Positions 1 through 10,791 of a DNA stretch of 64,000 nucleotides are shown one piece after another. The translations under genes were made by a program, and so were the position numbers. Below the pieces are notes generated by a model, which did not search any database, was not told the DNA's origin, and saw nothing but the letters and a program-made list of their open reading frames with translations. Positions within the stretch are counted from its first letter, which is position 1. Each line of letters opens with the position of its first letter. The stretch is from Narcine bancroftii (lineage: Eukaryota): NCBI RefSeq assembly GCF_036971445.1, contig NC_091473.1, positions 112,096,001 to 112,160,000 of the forward strand, written 5' to 3'.

Positions 1-244
1 GGTCATATAAAATTAAAGGCTTGTTTTGTTGAATATTTTATTTAAATGTCCATGCATGTATTAATATCCAAGAATAAAAAGTGACAATCATATATTCAAA
101 TTGGCTTTACATGCTACATACTATACCCCAATAAATCCTACCAAACACCTACCCCGCAAATAATAACCCCCAAGAAAGAAATAGGAAGAAAATCAGTAAA
201 AGTAAAAGAATACAGAAAAGTCAAGGATAACAGATTATCGATAT

Positions 245-1244
245 GTTTTTGGGAGACAAATTGGGGCAGGTTTTTTAGTGTATGTCACATACAAACACTT
301 TTAAACAGATCTTATTTAAAATACTGGAGCTCTGCTCATGCTAGACATGTTGGCCCCAGAGCCTTTCCAAAAGCTTTGGAGAGTGCCTAAGAGACTTCAC
401 TAATGGATTGTTGTTTACAAAAAGGCAACAGATGAAAGAACTCGTCGGAGCCACAGACTGTCTGGAGTGGAACCTGCTGTTCGAGGAGGGTGATGTGGTT
501 TTGCAAGCAGAGAGAGTAAGACAGGCTTTTTTTACTCAGAGTGAGAGAGTGTAAGAGAGAGACACACACATCAGTTCTACAGTTTTACAGTCATCAGCAG
601 CAGCAGGGTCTAAAACAGGACAAGCTGGCAAATTTGTGGAAAACCCCATTTGGAAGACAGGTTGTGAATGCTTAGTTCAGCCTGATCAAAGCCCTTGTGG
701 TTCATATAAGAGGAGAGGACCGGCAGCTTAATGTTTCACTTGAAATAAGAGAAACAAAAAAAGAACTCTGTGGTGACCTGAAAGAAAGAGGCTATCATCT
801 GGAGAACTCTGAGGGGGCAAGTTTCTTCGGCAAGACACTGAAGTGGCTGATTTAAAAAGGAATCAGTTGTGGGTGTGCAGTGAATAACAAATCTCTCTCT
901 GAAAACTGACAAGAACCTTCCTGAGCAGTAACCATTTACCTTTCAAGCACCAAAGCCTGGTGAACTTTTATAAATGTTAAATTCTGTGCACAGTACAAGA
1001 ATTGCCTGCTACCAGTGAACCTGGAGGAATGAGAATTGAGATTGGACTGTGAATCAAAAACTTTTCTGAACTTACACACACATTACATACATGTGCACTT
1101 AGAATTAGTAAGTTAATAGTGATAAGTTAAAGTGTGATCTTGTTTTCATGTTTAAAGATAATTAAAAACAACTTTTGTTTAAGTAACTATTTGTCTGGTG
1201 AATATCTATTGCTGCAGGTTTTTGGGGTCCACTATGCCGGAACA
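245..1244. mobile_element. LTR-like dispersed repeat (long copy); related copy at 22914-23503
   Basis: ~662-1230 aligns closely by eye with 22932-23490 (e.g. cttagttcagc..tcaaagcccttgtggttcat; ccttcctgagcagtaaccatttacctttcaagcaccaaagcctggtgaac). Non-coding; the other copy is bounded TG...CA. Boundaries approximate. Confidence 0.7.
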
Positions 1245-2520
1245 AGACTGATTTTTTTGCAGGTTTGGCTACTAGCCAGACCTGCGGATTACTTGCCCCT
1301 GTATTAGCCTGCAGGCAACTTCAGGCCCCCAACCTCGAGATCATTGGCTCGAGCCTGGGCAGCCTCCTGCAGCACTATAAAGGGTTGTGGCTGTCCTTCT
1401 GGCTGCATAAATCCTGACCTGGCATCTCAGGATGGATGCAAACTGCCAAAAGTTACCCCCTTTGACTCCAGGGAACCCTGTCTTCTTAAGAAAGGAGTCC
1501 ATATGGTGCCCAAGTTTCTCACCATGTGGGTCCAATTGCTCAGACCTGTCACTGGTTTGCTGAGGTTTGCTAACATACTGCCCATACTTGCGAATCTCTC
1601 CATCGTCACTCAGGAATCCTATCCTTGGTGCATGCACTGGCTTTTTAGCCCCCGTTCTATACCTGCATCCAGCCAAGACCCCTGAGATGCTGATCGCAGC
1701 GCCAATTATTGTGAGTGAGTAAACAGATTTGGTAGGTCTCAAAGGCAAGGACTCTGAACAGTTTTGATGGAGATGTAGCGGCACACATCCTTGTGCTGAA
1801 CCGGCCCCGCTTGTACCTCCACGCCAGCAGTGCAGCCGCGAGAAGATGGCACCGTCGGGGGACCTCTGTGCCTCGTGGGTTAGGCGAAGGCACCGCCAAT
1901 GCAGGGGTGGAACTCACGTCACCCTTAAAGGGACACGTGTGAAGTTTGATTAAACAGTTCGTTTGAAACCTCCAATGTAGTCATAGTGTGTTTCATTCTG
2001 TGTAGTAGTTGCTACAGAGAAGTCTTTTATTTACAGAAGAAAGTGTGGGAAATGGTAACTGATGCAGCATCCACACACACAGTTTACAGTAGCTGTTGGA
2101 AAGAAACAGTGGACAATTAATAACGAATGTGGGGAAAATAGCATGGGGACAATGCGCGCGCGCGCACGCACGCACGTTTCTCCAGCATCCTTCCATACTT
2201 CTAGGCCTGGATTGAAGCAGGGTGGTCCCAAGCTGGCAAAGAGAGGGAACAAAGAGCACATGGCACCTTTATAGTGCTGGAAGGACAAGCTCACATAATT
2301 TTCAGGGAGCTAATGACTCCTTGGCTGGAGGGTTAATCCAATTACAACAGCCAATGTCCCAAGACCAAGTTGAGGCAGGCTGGAGAGTGAAGTCCAGGTA
2401 ATTTACATGGATCCAACAGCAAGATGTGCACTAATCAGTGGGCCAGAACGAAACTTTGATTGGCAGGTAGTGTGCCCTCCGACAAGGTAGGGAACAGTGC
2501 TGTCACATGACAGCCACAAC
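1245..2520 (-). mobile_element. Truncated LTR retrotransposon: 5' LTR + tRNA-Ser-like PBS + short internal remnant
   Basis: On the minus strand: TATAAA (2273-2268), AATAAA (2031-2026), then TGGCGCTGCGATCAGCAT (1704-1687), which resembles the complement of a tRNA-Ser 3' end. Order fits U3-R-U5-PBS. Confidence 0.55.
1774..2016 (+). mobile_element. Gypsy-type solo LTR with 4-bp TSD
   Basis: Termini TGTAGC...GCTACA are perfect 6-bp inverted ends. GAGA flanks both sides (1770-1773, 2017-2020). Shares the gaaccggccc motif with the Gypsy LTR at 17085. Confidence 0.85.
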
Positions 2521-2524
2521 CCTT

Positions 2525-2900
2525 CCCAATCAATGGTATATATCTATTTTGAATCAAAGGCTTTTTAATTAGCCCAAAATTCCTTATTCTTATTTCATTA
2601 TTTATTCATTCCAAATATTAATCAAATGCTTCAACAGTCGTATATCCTTGTCTCCAGATAGTAATCTCAGTTCCCATTTATATATAAAATCTTCTTGTAT
2701 CTTCTCTCCCATCTTATCCATCTCTATTTTAATTCATGCTAGTTTTTCTCCCTCTTCAAAAAAAGAGGAATCTCATTTATGTAGTTTTATAATAGTTTTT
2801 AAAATTTGGAAGTTGCAGACCTCCTATTTCATATTTTCATGTTAATATTTCCAGCAAAACTCTCATCATCTAAAAAAAAATTGCAGAAGAGATATGGACA
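2525..2900 (-). mobile_element. Degenerate L1-clade ORF2 fragment
   Basis: Minus-strand translation LLKHLINIWNE*...KPLIQNRYIP resembles VLHHLLNIWKK...LILTQNQIIP of the L1 at 27870. Confidence 0.55.
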
Positions 2901-3372
2901 ATGTTGGAAAAAGATACTACACTCTTGGATATATATTCATTTTTATACAATTAACTCTTCCCAATAATGTTATTGGTAATTCCATCCATTTTAAAAAAAA
3001 CTTCATTAATTTTCTTAAGAGGCATAATTCAACTTATATACATTATTTAAATTATTATCTACAATTAAGAGCCCATTGAAGGAGAATACTCATTTAAAGT
3101 ACTGAAAAATGTATGACAATTTTTCAAAATAACATTTCTACAATATATCTTTCTGTACACCTTAGCTGAGGGTCAAGATCAGTCTTAGCTGCTGCACACT
3201 ATAACTGATAAACCTGAATACATTTTTCTTCACAGCTAATTTATTATGTGCTAATGCACTTGAAGTTGGAATGGTCAGACAAGAGGAAAGAAATATGGAA
3301 CAGGACAGATGCATTATGTGCCATATTCAACTGAGACTTTTCAAGATAGTCAATAAAATGTTGTCAGATTAC

Positions 3373-3459
3373 CTCACCAGGTGCACTTTTCCATGTACCC
3401 AGCCCAATGAGAGGCATCTTCTGTCCAGTACTGAGCACAACATAATCAGGACTAGACAT
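3373..3459 (-). CDS. AKR1A1: Aldo-keto reductase 1A1 (aldehyde reductase), first coding exon; gene continues left of window
   Basis: Minus strand: ttcttgtttag|gttaaaATG...GAG|gtaat, encoding [29 protein letters not shown]. Matches the AKR1A1 N-terminus (human ...[19 protein letters not shown]) with the same phase-0 intron position; divergent neighbour of PRDX1 as in human. Exon 3373-3465. Confidence 0.93.
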
Positions 3460-3888
3460 TTTAACCTAAACAAGAAGAAACCTTTTGAAAATCTTCAAGA
3501 CACAAATGTGAATAAACATTTTAGAAACTTCATAAATCACCATACAATCTACTTTTAATAGTTGGCACATTAGCATCCAAAGAAAACCATACTAATCAAG
3601 TAAGTGTGAGAGAGAATATAGCAGATTGTGCTGGACTTCGCCCACAACCCTATGCATCCCACCCACCTTTGAAGTGGCCACACAGTCAGATAGATTAAAA
3701 AATATTAAGCAATTAAAAAATTTAAAACCACATTAAAGTACATTAACTAAAACAACATGAGAAAAAAAACCATGCAGGATAGTAATCCCATTCAAATGAA
3801 ATAGATATGTTGAAGACTCTACATACTAAAGCCAAAAGAAAATTGCAGACACACTGGAAATCTGAAACTGAAGAGCAACACAATTTTG

Positions 3889-4115
3889 GTGAAGGGGTTA
3901 GTTAGTGCAACACCTTTACAACACTAGCAACTGGGACCGGGGTTCAAATCCCATGCTGCCTGTAAGGAGTTAGTATGTTCTTCTGTGTCTGCGTGGGTTT
4001 TCTCCCAGGGCCTCAGTTTTCCGCCCACTGTTGAAATGTACCGGGGGGTGCAGGCTAATTGGGTGTAAATTGGGCTGCTTGAAATGGCCTGCTACTGTGT
4101 TGTATATCTAAATTT
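3889..4115 (+). mobile_element. tRNA-derived V-SINE (HE1-like)
   Basis: B-box ggttcaaatcc followed by V-domain-like core gtatgttcttctgtgtctgcgtgggtttt; multiple copies in window. Confidence 0.8.
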
Positions 4116-4551
4116 TAAAGATAAAACATTGCAAATACTCAGCAGGTCAGGCTGCATCTGCGAAAAGAGAGAATTTTTCCAAACACTCTTCAAAAAAGTT
4201 TCTCTTTCCATAAATGCTGCATGTTTCCAAGGTTTTCCATTTTTGAGTCAAAAAGTTATATATAGTTGAGTGGTATTGCAGTTGGTCAGATATGGTGGCC
4301 AACTAATTTTCTGTGCATTTCATATTTTCTTGCTGTAAGGCACAAAAGTAGAAGCCAAAAGTATGTTTATCAGAAATTCTTGTGATTATTACCAATGGCA
4401 GAACTTGATCTAGCCAATTAAAGTCACAGCCTTGGAGCAAATAGTACCTCTCAATAAAAATCATGTTTGAGGACATACTCTCTTTGGTTTGAGTATTGTA
4501 CTGATATTTAGGTTTGAGATGGAGGAAAGGAACTATCACTTGTAGAACAGA

Positions 4552-4633
4552 AAACAAAATGATTCTTCCATCAAGCAAGTTTGTTTTCTTTTTTTAAAAA
4601 AATAACTTGCTTGATGGAAGAATCATTTTGTTT
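4552..4633. repeat. Perfect 30-bp inverted repeat with 22-nt spacer
   Basis: aaacaaaatgattcttccatcaagcaagtt (4552-4581) is the exact reverse complement of 4604-4633. Confidence 0.95.
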
Positions 4634-5012
4634 CCTTTTTAAAAAAAATGAGTAAAGTACTGAAAAAAATGGCCTGGGCTACATGAACCTCTCAGCATTG
4701 GCAATTTTTTTCCCTCAGAAATTAAAGAACTGGCTTAAGGTCTGAACAAGTCTACAATTCCTTGTGCATCAAATATTAGTGTTAAAATAGGTACATTCCT
4801 ATTTATTACCTTAGAGCAGTTTCTGAAGATCAGCTTTGATTTTAAAAATTGGTTTAAAACCTTTCACATCCTGCCCACCAAAATGGAAGCAAAACACTTG
4901 TGAATAAACAATCTCCAAATTCAAAATGATTCCTTCCATATGATAAACAGGATGGAGGAGGGGTGTGAGATTTCACTGATATTCACATATTTTCTTTTCA
5001 TTCATTTCTTAC

Positions 5013-5249
5013 CAGCTGATTATTTTTGCTGTCAATTACCACGTGAACTAATAATTGATATCATCCGTTGAAAATAAAAGGACAAGATCATTCCATATCT
5101 CTGAATCCTCACAATCATACTCTTAATGTCACAAGTTTTCCAAATCCAGTCGTGAGATAGATAATAATGGTCCATTGAACAGAAAACGGAGAAAAGGGCA
5201 ACAGAAAGCCATTTAGTTAGGAAGGAGTTAACAAACTTGGATACATTTC
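5013..5249 (-). other. AKR1A1: Putative non-coding 5'UTR exon of AKR1A1
   Basis: Minus-strand acceptor ttatttctttaaattctag| at 5250 and strong donor CTG|GTAAGA at 5012. Lies between the CpG island and the ATG exon; stops in all frames. Confidence 0.45.
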
Positions 5250-5808
5250 CTAGAATTTAAAGAAATAAGCAACTGCAATAGGTTTCCCGTGGCAACACAT
5301 TGTGAAGCAGTTTTATACGGACGTGAACGAACGACAGAGATATTTTTTTGGACCTATTGGCGCTCCATGTCTATATTAAAAATAGAAACGGCTGGAGAGA
5401 ATGTGCTGTGCTTTCAACACTTCCAGATTTTGTTCTGGATGGCATATCTGCAGCTCATTCTCAGGCAGTCCCACTGGCCCAATGACTTGCCTCCACTCAA
5501 TTTTGGAGCGTCTGAAGTGCCCAAATGAGGCCAGGAGAGCAGCAACTCGTGTGAGCTCGTCAGGAGGCAGGTTTTAGCGGCATCTTCTCGCCAAGTATGT
5601 GGGCACGATGCCATTTTCAACATCGCCCCAGTGCATTCAGGCGCCAGAGATTCGAGTGAGCCGTTGAGGCTGTTGCCCTCTTTTCATTCAGCACGACCTG
5701 CGAGCAATCGCTTCCCGTGGCCCAGCCCGGGAGAGAGTCGGCATTGCACGCACCTCACCGACGGCACGAGATTTTAAAAATAACCTTAATCACACAGAAG
5801 TGCCTTAC

Positions 5809-5910
5809 CGTGGCCGACCAAACTTGCCCTCGTTCTTTATTCGCCGTGACGCTGCCGAACTCGTCCCTCACCCGGCACAGCCTGATCACGCAGTGAGGAC
5901 CGGCTGTTTC
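5809..5910 (-). other. AKR1A1: Putative non-coding exon 1 of AKR1A1
   Basis: Minus-strand donor ACG|GTAAGG at 5808 inside the CpG island; alternative GTGAGG donors near 5758 and 5870. TSS position is a guess. Confidence 0.45.
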
Positions 5911-6242
5911 CGCCTGCCTACGTCATCCGCGCAAGCGCCCCACCCCGGCCGCCGCTCATTGCCCCACATTACTGGTGTGGCACTGCCGCGGCACACGGAA
6001 GTGAACGCCCTTCAGCGGCGTCGGCGAAGGGCGGTTAAGCGCAGGGATCGAAGGGACGGCGGCACGAGGGATGTTGCATTGTCGCGCGGGGGTGATGACG
6101 TACGGGGCGTCGGCGCGCGAAGGCGCCGACGGCACGTGGCGGAGTTGCTGTGGGAGGGTGCGGGCGCTCTGAGGCGAAGGGGCGTTCAGGGTATCGACGA
6201 GGGAAGGTACGGGGTTCGGGACCGAGTGGGGAAGGTGCTGTT

Positions 6243-6421
6243 GCGGAGGTGGCGGGATGGCCGCAGGGCTTCGGCGAGCGGAGGTGGCGGGATGGCCGCA
6301 GGGCTTCGGCGAGCGGAGGTGGCGGGATGGCCGCAGGGCTTCGGCGAGCGGAGGTGGCGGGATGGCCGCAGGGCTTCGGCGAGCGGAGGTGGCGGGATGG
6401 CCGCAGGGCTTCGGCGAGCGG
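6243..6421. repeat. Perfect minisatellite, 5 x 35 bp (gcggaggtggcgggatggccgcagggcttcggcga)
   Basis: Identical units start at 6243, 6278, 6313, 6348 and 6383, followed by a partial gcgg; no spacers. Confidence 0.97.
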
Positions 6422-6714
6422 TCAGTGATACGCCTCTGCACGCTAAATGGACGTTGGAGGGCGTGCGGTTGGGGCCGTGACGGGCTTCGGGGGCGCGCGG
6501 GCTGGCGGGGGCGCGCCGGTGGGCGCTGGGTGAGGGCTGACTGGAGGTGGCTGTTGCAAGGGCGTCGCCACGCGAATTATGTGTCTAAACGTTTCTAGTG
6601 AAGGTCCCGAGGAGGTTTGGTGAAAACGTCAAGGAACATTTAGCGTCTCGTCAACGCCCCGAGAAAGACTTTTCTTGATTTTGCAAAGAAATGGTCACCG
6701 TTTTTCAAAAAAGT

Positions 6715-7240
6715 GAGGAGACCACACTTAGTATTCAGTTCTGGTCACCTTATTATAGGAAGGATATGGAAGCAATGGAGAGGGTGCAGGGGAGGTTTAC
6801 CAGGCTATTACCTGGATTAGAAAATAAGCCTCCTGAGGCAAGGTGAACAGAGCTGGGACATTTCTCTTTGGAGTGTAGAAGGACAAGAGGGGACTTGATA
6901 GAGGTCTACAAGATTATGGGGGGGGGGGCGTAGATTGGGTGGACAGCCAGCACCTGTTTTCCAGGGCAGGAATAGGAAACACCAGAGGACGTGTACAAAG
7001 TAAAGGGAAGGAAGTTTAGAGGAGATGAGGGATTTTTTTTTTCTTTTACGGAGAGAGTTGTGGGTGTCGGGAATACCGTGCCGGAGATGGTGGTGGAAGC
7101 CGAAACAGGACTATTTAAGAGACTCCATGGATGAAAGAAAAACAGGGTTACAGGTTAGGGAAGGTTTAGTACTTTTTTTAAAGGAATATATGGATTGACA
7201 CAACATTGAGGGCTGAAGGGCCATAGTGTTCTGTGTTCTA
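6715..7240 (+). mobile_element. CR1 LINE 3' fragment
   Basis: RPHL.Y.VQFWSP / ERVQ.RFTR.LPG-like coding remnant and CR1 3'UTR; similar to 36460-37080. Confidence 0.8.
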
Positions 7241-7555
7241 AATATAGCAATATTTTGGCCTATTTGGTAAGGTTTTTGAAAAATCCATTTTTTGTTTACC
7301 AATTTGTAAATGGAACTTGGTAAGCTCTCTCAAAAATGTTAATACTTAGTGGGGCTTGAGTATTCCTCATTAACTCATTAGGATAATGATGTACAAGCAG
7401 ATGGGATAAAATGCTACCACTCCAATCCCAAACATTCGCATATCACAAACTTCATGATTACCCCCAATGTTCACTGAATAATGAAAGTATCAAATCTAGT
7501 AGATTAAAAGGACAAGCTGTTTGTTCAAAATATTTATTCTACAGGTTTATTCAAA

Positions 7556-7661
7556 ATGACTGCTGGAAAAGCTGTAATTGGGAAGTTAGCTCCTGACTTT
7601 GATGCGACTGCTGTGATGCCAAATGGACAATTTGAACAGTTACGGCTATCTAAATATAGAG
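7556..7661 (+). CDS. PRDX1: Peroxiredoxin-1, coding exon 1 (MTAGKAVIGKLAPDFDATAVMPNGQFEQLRLSKYRG)
   Basis: Acceptor ttctacag| at 7544, aaaATG at 7556, donor G|gtaaca. 106 nt; the AVMPxGQF segment is PRDX1-type. Confidence 0.96.
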
Positions 7662-7864
7662 GTAACAATAAAGATTGTTCACTTGGAATTTATTTTGGAG
7701 AAAGGCCAACATTCATTTAAAACAAGCCATTCTATACTGAATTTCACGAATTTAAGTGAATCTACTTGTATCCACCTTGTATATTAAAAATTGCCTATTT
7801 GACTTGGTAAGCAAGTTTATATTTTCTTAATTGGCTTGATTTTCATATTGCAATTCACTGCATA

Positions 7865-8333
7865 CAGTACCACTCTGATTATTTGAAATGGTCAGGGCTG
7901 GGGCCATTTTGGATAAACTTTTTTTAGGAGACCAGTCATTTAAAAACAGCCCAGTAGCAACAACAAATCACTTGTAGCAATATTTATGCAACAGCAAACA
8001 ACAAGGTAGGGATTTTTAAGTATTTAAATAAAGTTTGATTCTCACCAAAAAAATGCTGGCCACTCCTGATCACCAAAATTTCCTCACTGAGGCCCTGCTC
8101 GTGCCAGGAGCCTGAGGTTTCTGCTCCTGCCTGGGAGCTTGAAGTGCTCGCTGCCACTGGGTGTGAGGTCCACTGCTGCCACCACCAGGAGCCTGATATC
8201 CCTGGTCAGTTCAGCTCCAAAATAATTTTTGATAAATTACGATTTTAGATATCATAATTTATCTACATTAAAAAAAAATTAGGATAACTGAGGATTTTGG
8301 AGAATCCAATTTTGGATAATCGGAGTTGTACTG
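7865..8333. mobile_element. Tc1/mariner (Tigger-like) MITE
   Basis: TIRs CAGTACCACTCTGATTAT / ATAATCGGAGTTGTACTG with TA duplication on both sides. Confidence 0.8.
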
Positions 8334-10637
8334 TATTCGGTTTTAGGTGCAAGTTGGTATTTATTAGATTTTTGTATTTTTTATTGATTAAGCATTGATT
8401 TTGCTGTACAGCATTTGCACTTTCTGGCTCCTCATCCAAATACAAGGCAAGATAAATCTCATTTTGTATATTAGGTGATGCTGTTATTGAGGACCACTTC
8501 ATATAGACCAATTCCAGAGCAGTCTTGTCTCGGGTGCTTTATATTTTTCTGCCACATGGGTGAAAGTAGTCTCCAGATTTTTAGTACAAAACAAATGATT
8601 GCTGATAACTTGATTTGTGGGACAATCTCACCTGACTTATCATGGCATTCTGTTATGAATTGAACAGCTACAGGAAATAGTACACTTGGCTATCAAACAG
8701 GAAATTGTGCAAATAAGTAACCATATAAGAGCTGCTGCCTGTCACAAAACAAAAAAAATTGTAGAGGAATAGAAAACATTGATCTTAATATCACAGTGGA
8801 CATTACTATTTCTATTTATTATGTTCTGTCATTTTGTATGAACTAGAACTTCATTTTTGTAGAATTTTGGTCTTAGGAAATGTGCTCTCGGATGGTCATC
8901 AAACAATTCTGGGTCCTTGGCATTTAGTTATAATTAAGAATGCAGGGCTTATTGTTGGACACAATTTTTGTCTGGATGGCACTGTATTCATATAAAGATT
9001 GTGATTATTCTGGGAGCAATTACTTCAGACAATGCAGGCAACAAATTTTGGTATGGAAATTATTAAACCAAAGCTGCATGCCTTCCTCCCTTTCTAATGA
9101 ATTATCCCTCGACCTCTCCTCTGGGACTCCTTTTCCTTTGCTTCCTTCCCCCTTTGTGTTTATGTAATTTCACCAATTCAATCTTAGTCTTGATTGATGG
9201 TTTTGATTCGAAACAATGATTAACCATATCTACCCATGGATGCTTTCTAACCTGTCCTTCCAGTAAATCTTTGTTTGCTCAAGATTCCAGCATCTGCAGC
9301 TTTTATGTTTTTCTAAGTATTACTGTATTTGGTTCACTGTCATAATGATTTGTATAAAGTGAAACAGGTCTTAAGAGTTGTTACAGTTGAATACTGGCCA
9401 GGAGAAACTATGTATGGGAAGTGATGCTATATCATTTTTGGATGGGAACTTGTGTCTGGTTGTATGTCTGCAAACAACCGCATAGACTGGAGAATGCTGT
9501 GTTGTTCGGTTGTACTTGTACAATCAGATGACTATAAACTTGATTTGAGAGAGACAGTGGTTTTGGTGAGTGTATGGCCAATAAATGCCATGCAGAAATA
9601 TTCAAAGCTATTTGCGTCAACTTTTTACTATTTCCCTACTACTTCCCTTTCTATCATACACTCAGAATAGATAGCATTATGACCATTATAGGCTATTGTG
9701 ATGTTTGTTCCTACGTATTTCTGGAAAATAAACTCTGATCTCAAGGTTTAAGTCCCTCTATTGAAGACTTAAGATGTCCATAAAAGTGCCATCTGCAAAG
9801 CATTGTACTCCTATCTAGTGCCCTTTTAATGGGCTCCCATTTTAAAGTTCTCTGTCCTCACATTCCAGCATATTTAGAAATGGGTTCAGATTTCAAAATT
9901 CCCTGCAGGCCTCAGGGTGAAAGTGTTTGCATCAAAATTAATTTATAAAGTACAAAATGAGAGATTATAAGAAATAGAAGTAGGAGTAGGCCATTTGGCC
10001 TCTTGTACCTGCACTGGTATTCAGTAAGATTATGGTTGATCTTTCATCTTTGTGCCAGTGTCCTGCATTAAGCCCTTGCATCTTGATTGTAACAGATCAG
10101 AAAAATTACTTGATCTCTGGAAAGTCATGGAAAATGTGAAACAAATGCAAGAATATTTTCAAGCTTGTTTTGGTATTGGAGCAAATTCATTGCAATGGAT
10201 ACCTACCCTTGGAATTTTGCCTAAATGTATGCCCTTGTGAACCAGTATCCCAGTAGGGCATCTGTTTGCTTTCTCTTTATCTGTGGAACCAATGGCAGGT
10301 GAGGGCCTTTCCTGAGCAGAATTTCCAGCAAGTTGGAATTTAATTCTGGTATTTTCCTCTTCTTTACATTACAACATAGATGGATAGGAAATATTCAGAG
10401 GGGTATGGCCAAATGCAGGCTCATAGGAGTAGCTTGGTCAGCACTGACAAGTGGGGCTGAAGGGCTTTTTTCTGCATTGTAGAACTTTCTTACTGTACTT
10501 GTACTGCTTTTTGGAAATTAAATGGAACATAGGTCCCAGTTTTTGCTTTGGGACATCTGTCTGAATTTTGCTTTGGGACATCTAACTTAAAGTTTTGACT
10601 ATTAATTATGAATTATTTTGTTCATTTTTTTCTACAG

Positions 10638-10791
10638 GAAAATATGTAGTTTTCTTTTTCTACCCACTTGATTTCTCCTATGTGTGCCCAACTGAGATTA
10701 TGGCTTTTAGTGATCGTGTAGAAGATTTCAATAAGATTAATTGTGAAATAATTGCAGCTTCTACGGATTCCCATTTTGCTCATTTAGCTTG
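10638..10791 (+). CDS. PRDX1: Peroxiredoxin-1, coding exon 2 with peroxidatic Cys52 ([20 protein letters not shown]...DSHFAHLAW)
   Basis: tttttctacag| ... TG|gtatgt; 154 nt; typical 2-Cys Prx active-site motif. Confidence 0.97.

Larger units (their letters stand above)
5550..6600. promoter_or_regulatory. CpG island / bidirectional promoter of AKR1A1 (-) and PRDX1 (+)
   Basis: Sharp rise in GC and CpG between the two divergent genes. CRE/ATF-like TACGTCATC (5919-5927) and GATGACGTA (6094-6102), ETS ACGGAAGTG (5995-6003), E-box CACGTG (6133-6138), ARE-like GTGACGCTGC (5846-5855). Confidence 0.8.

Noticed and set aside
6243-6421. 35-bp repeats as a CRISPR array
   Set aside because: Units are directly adjacent with no spacers, there are no cas genes, and the context is vertebrate.
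5800-6598. 226-, 161-, 113- and 92-aa ORFs over the CpG island as novel genes
   Set aside because: Stop-poor GC-rich sequence plus the tandem repeat explains them; low complexity, no recognisable domain.
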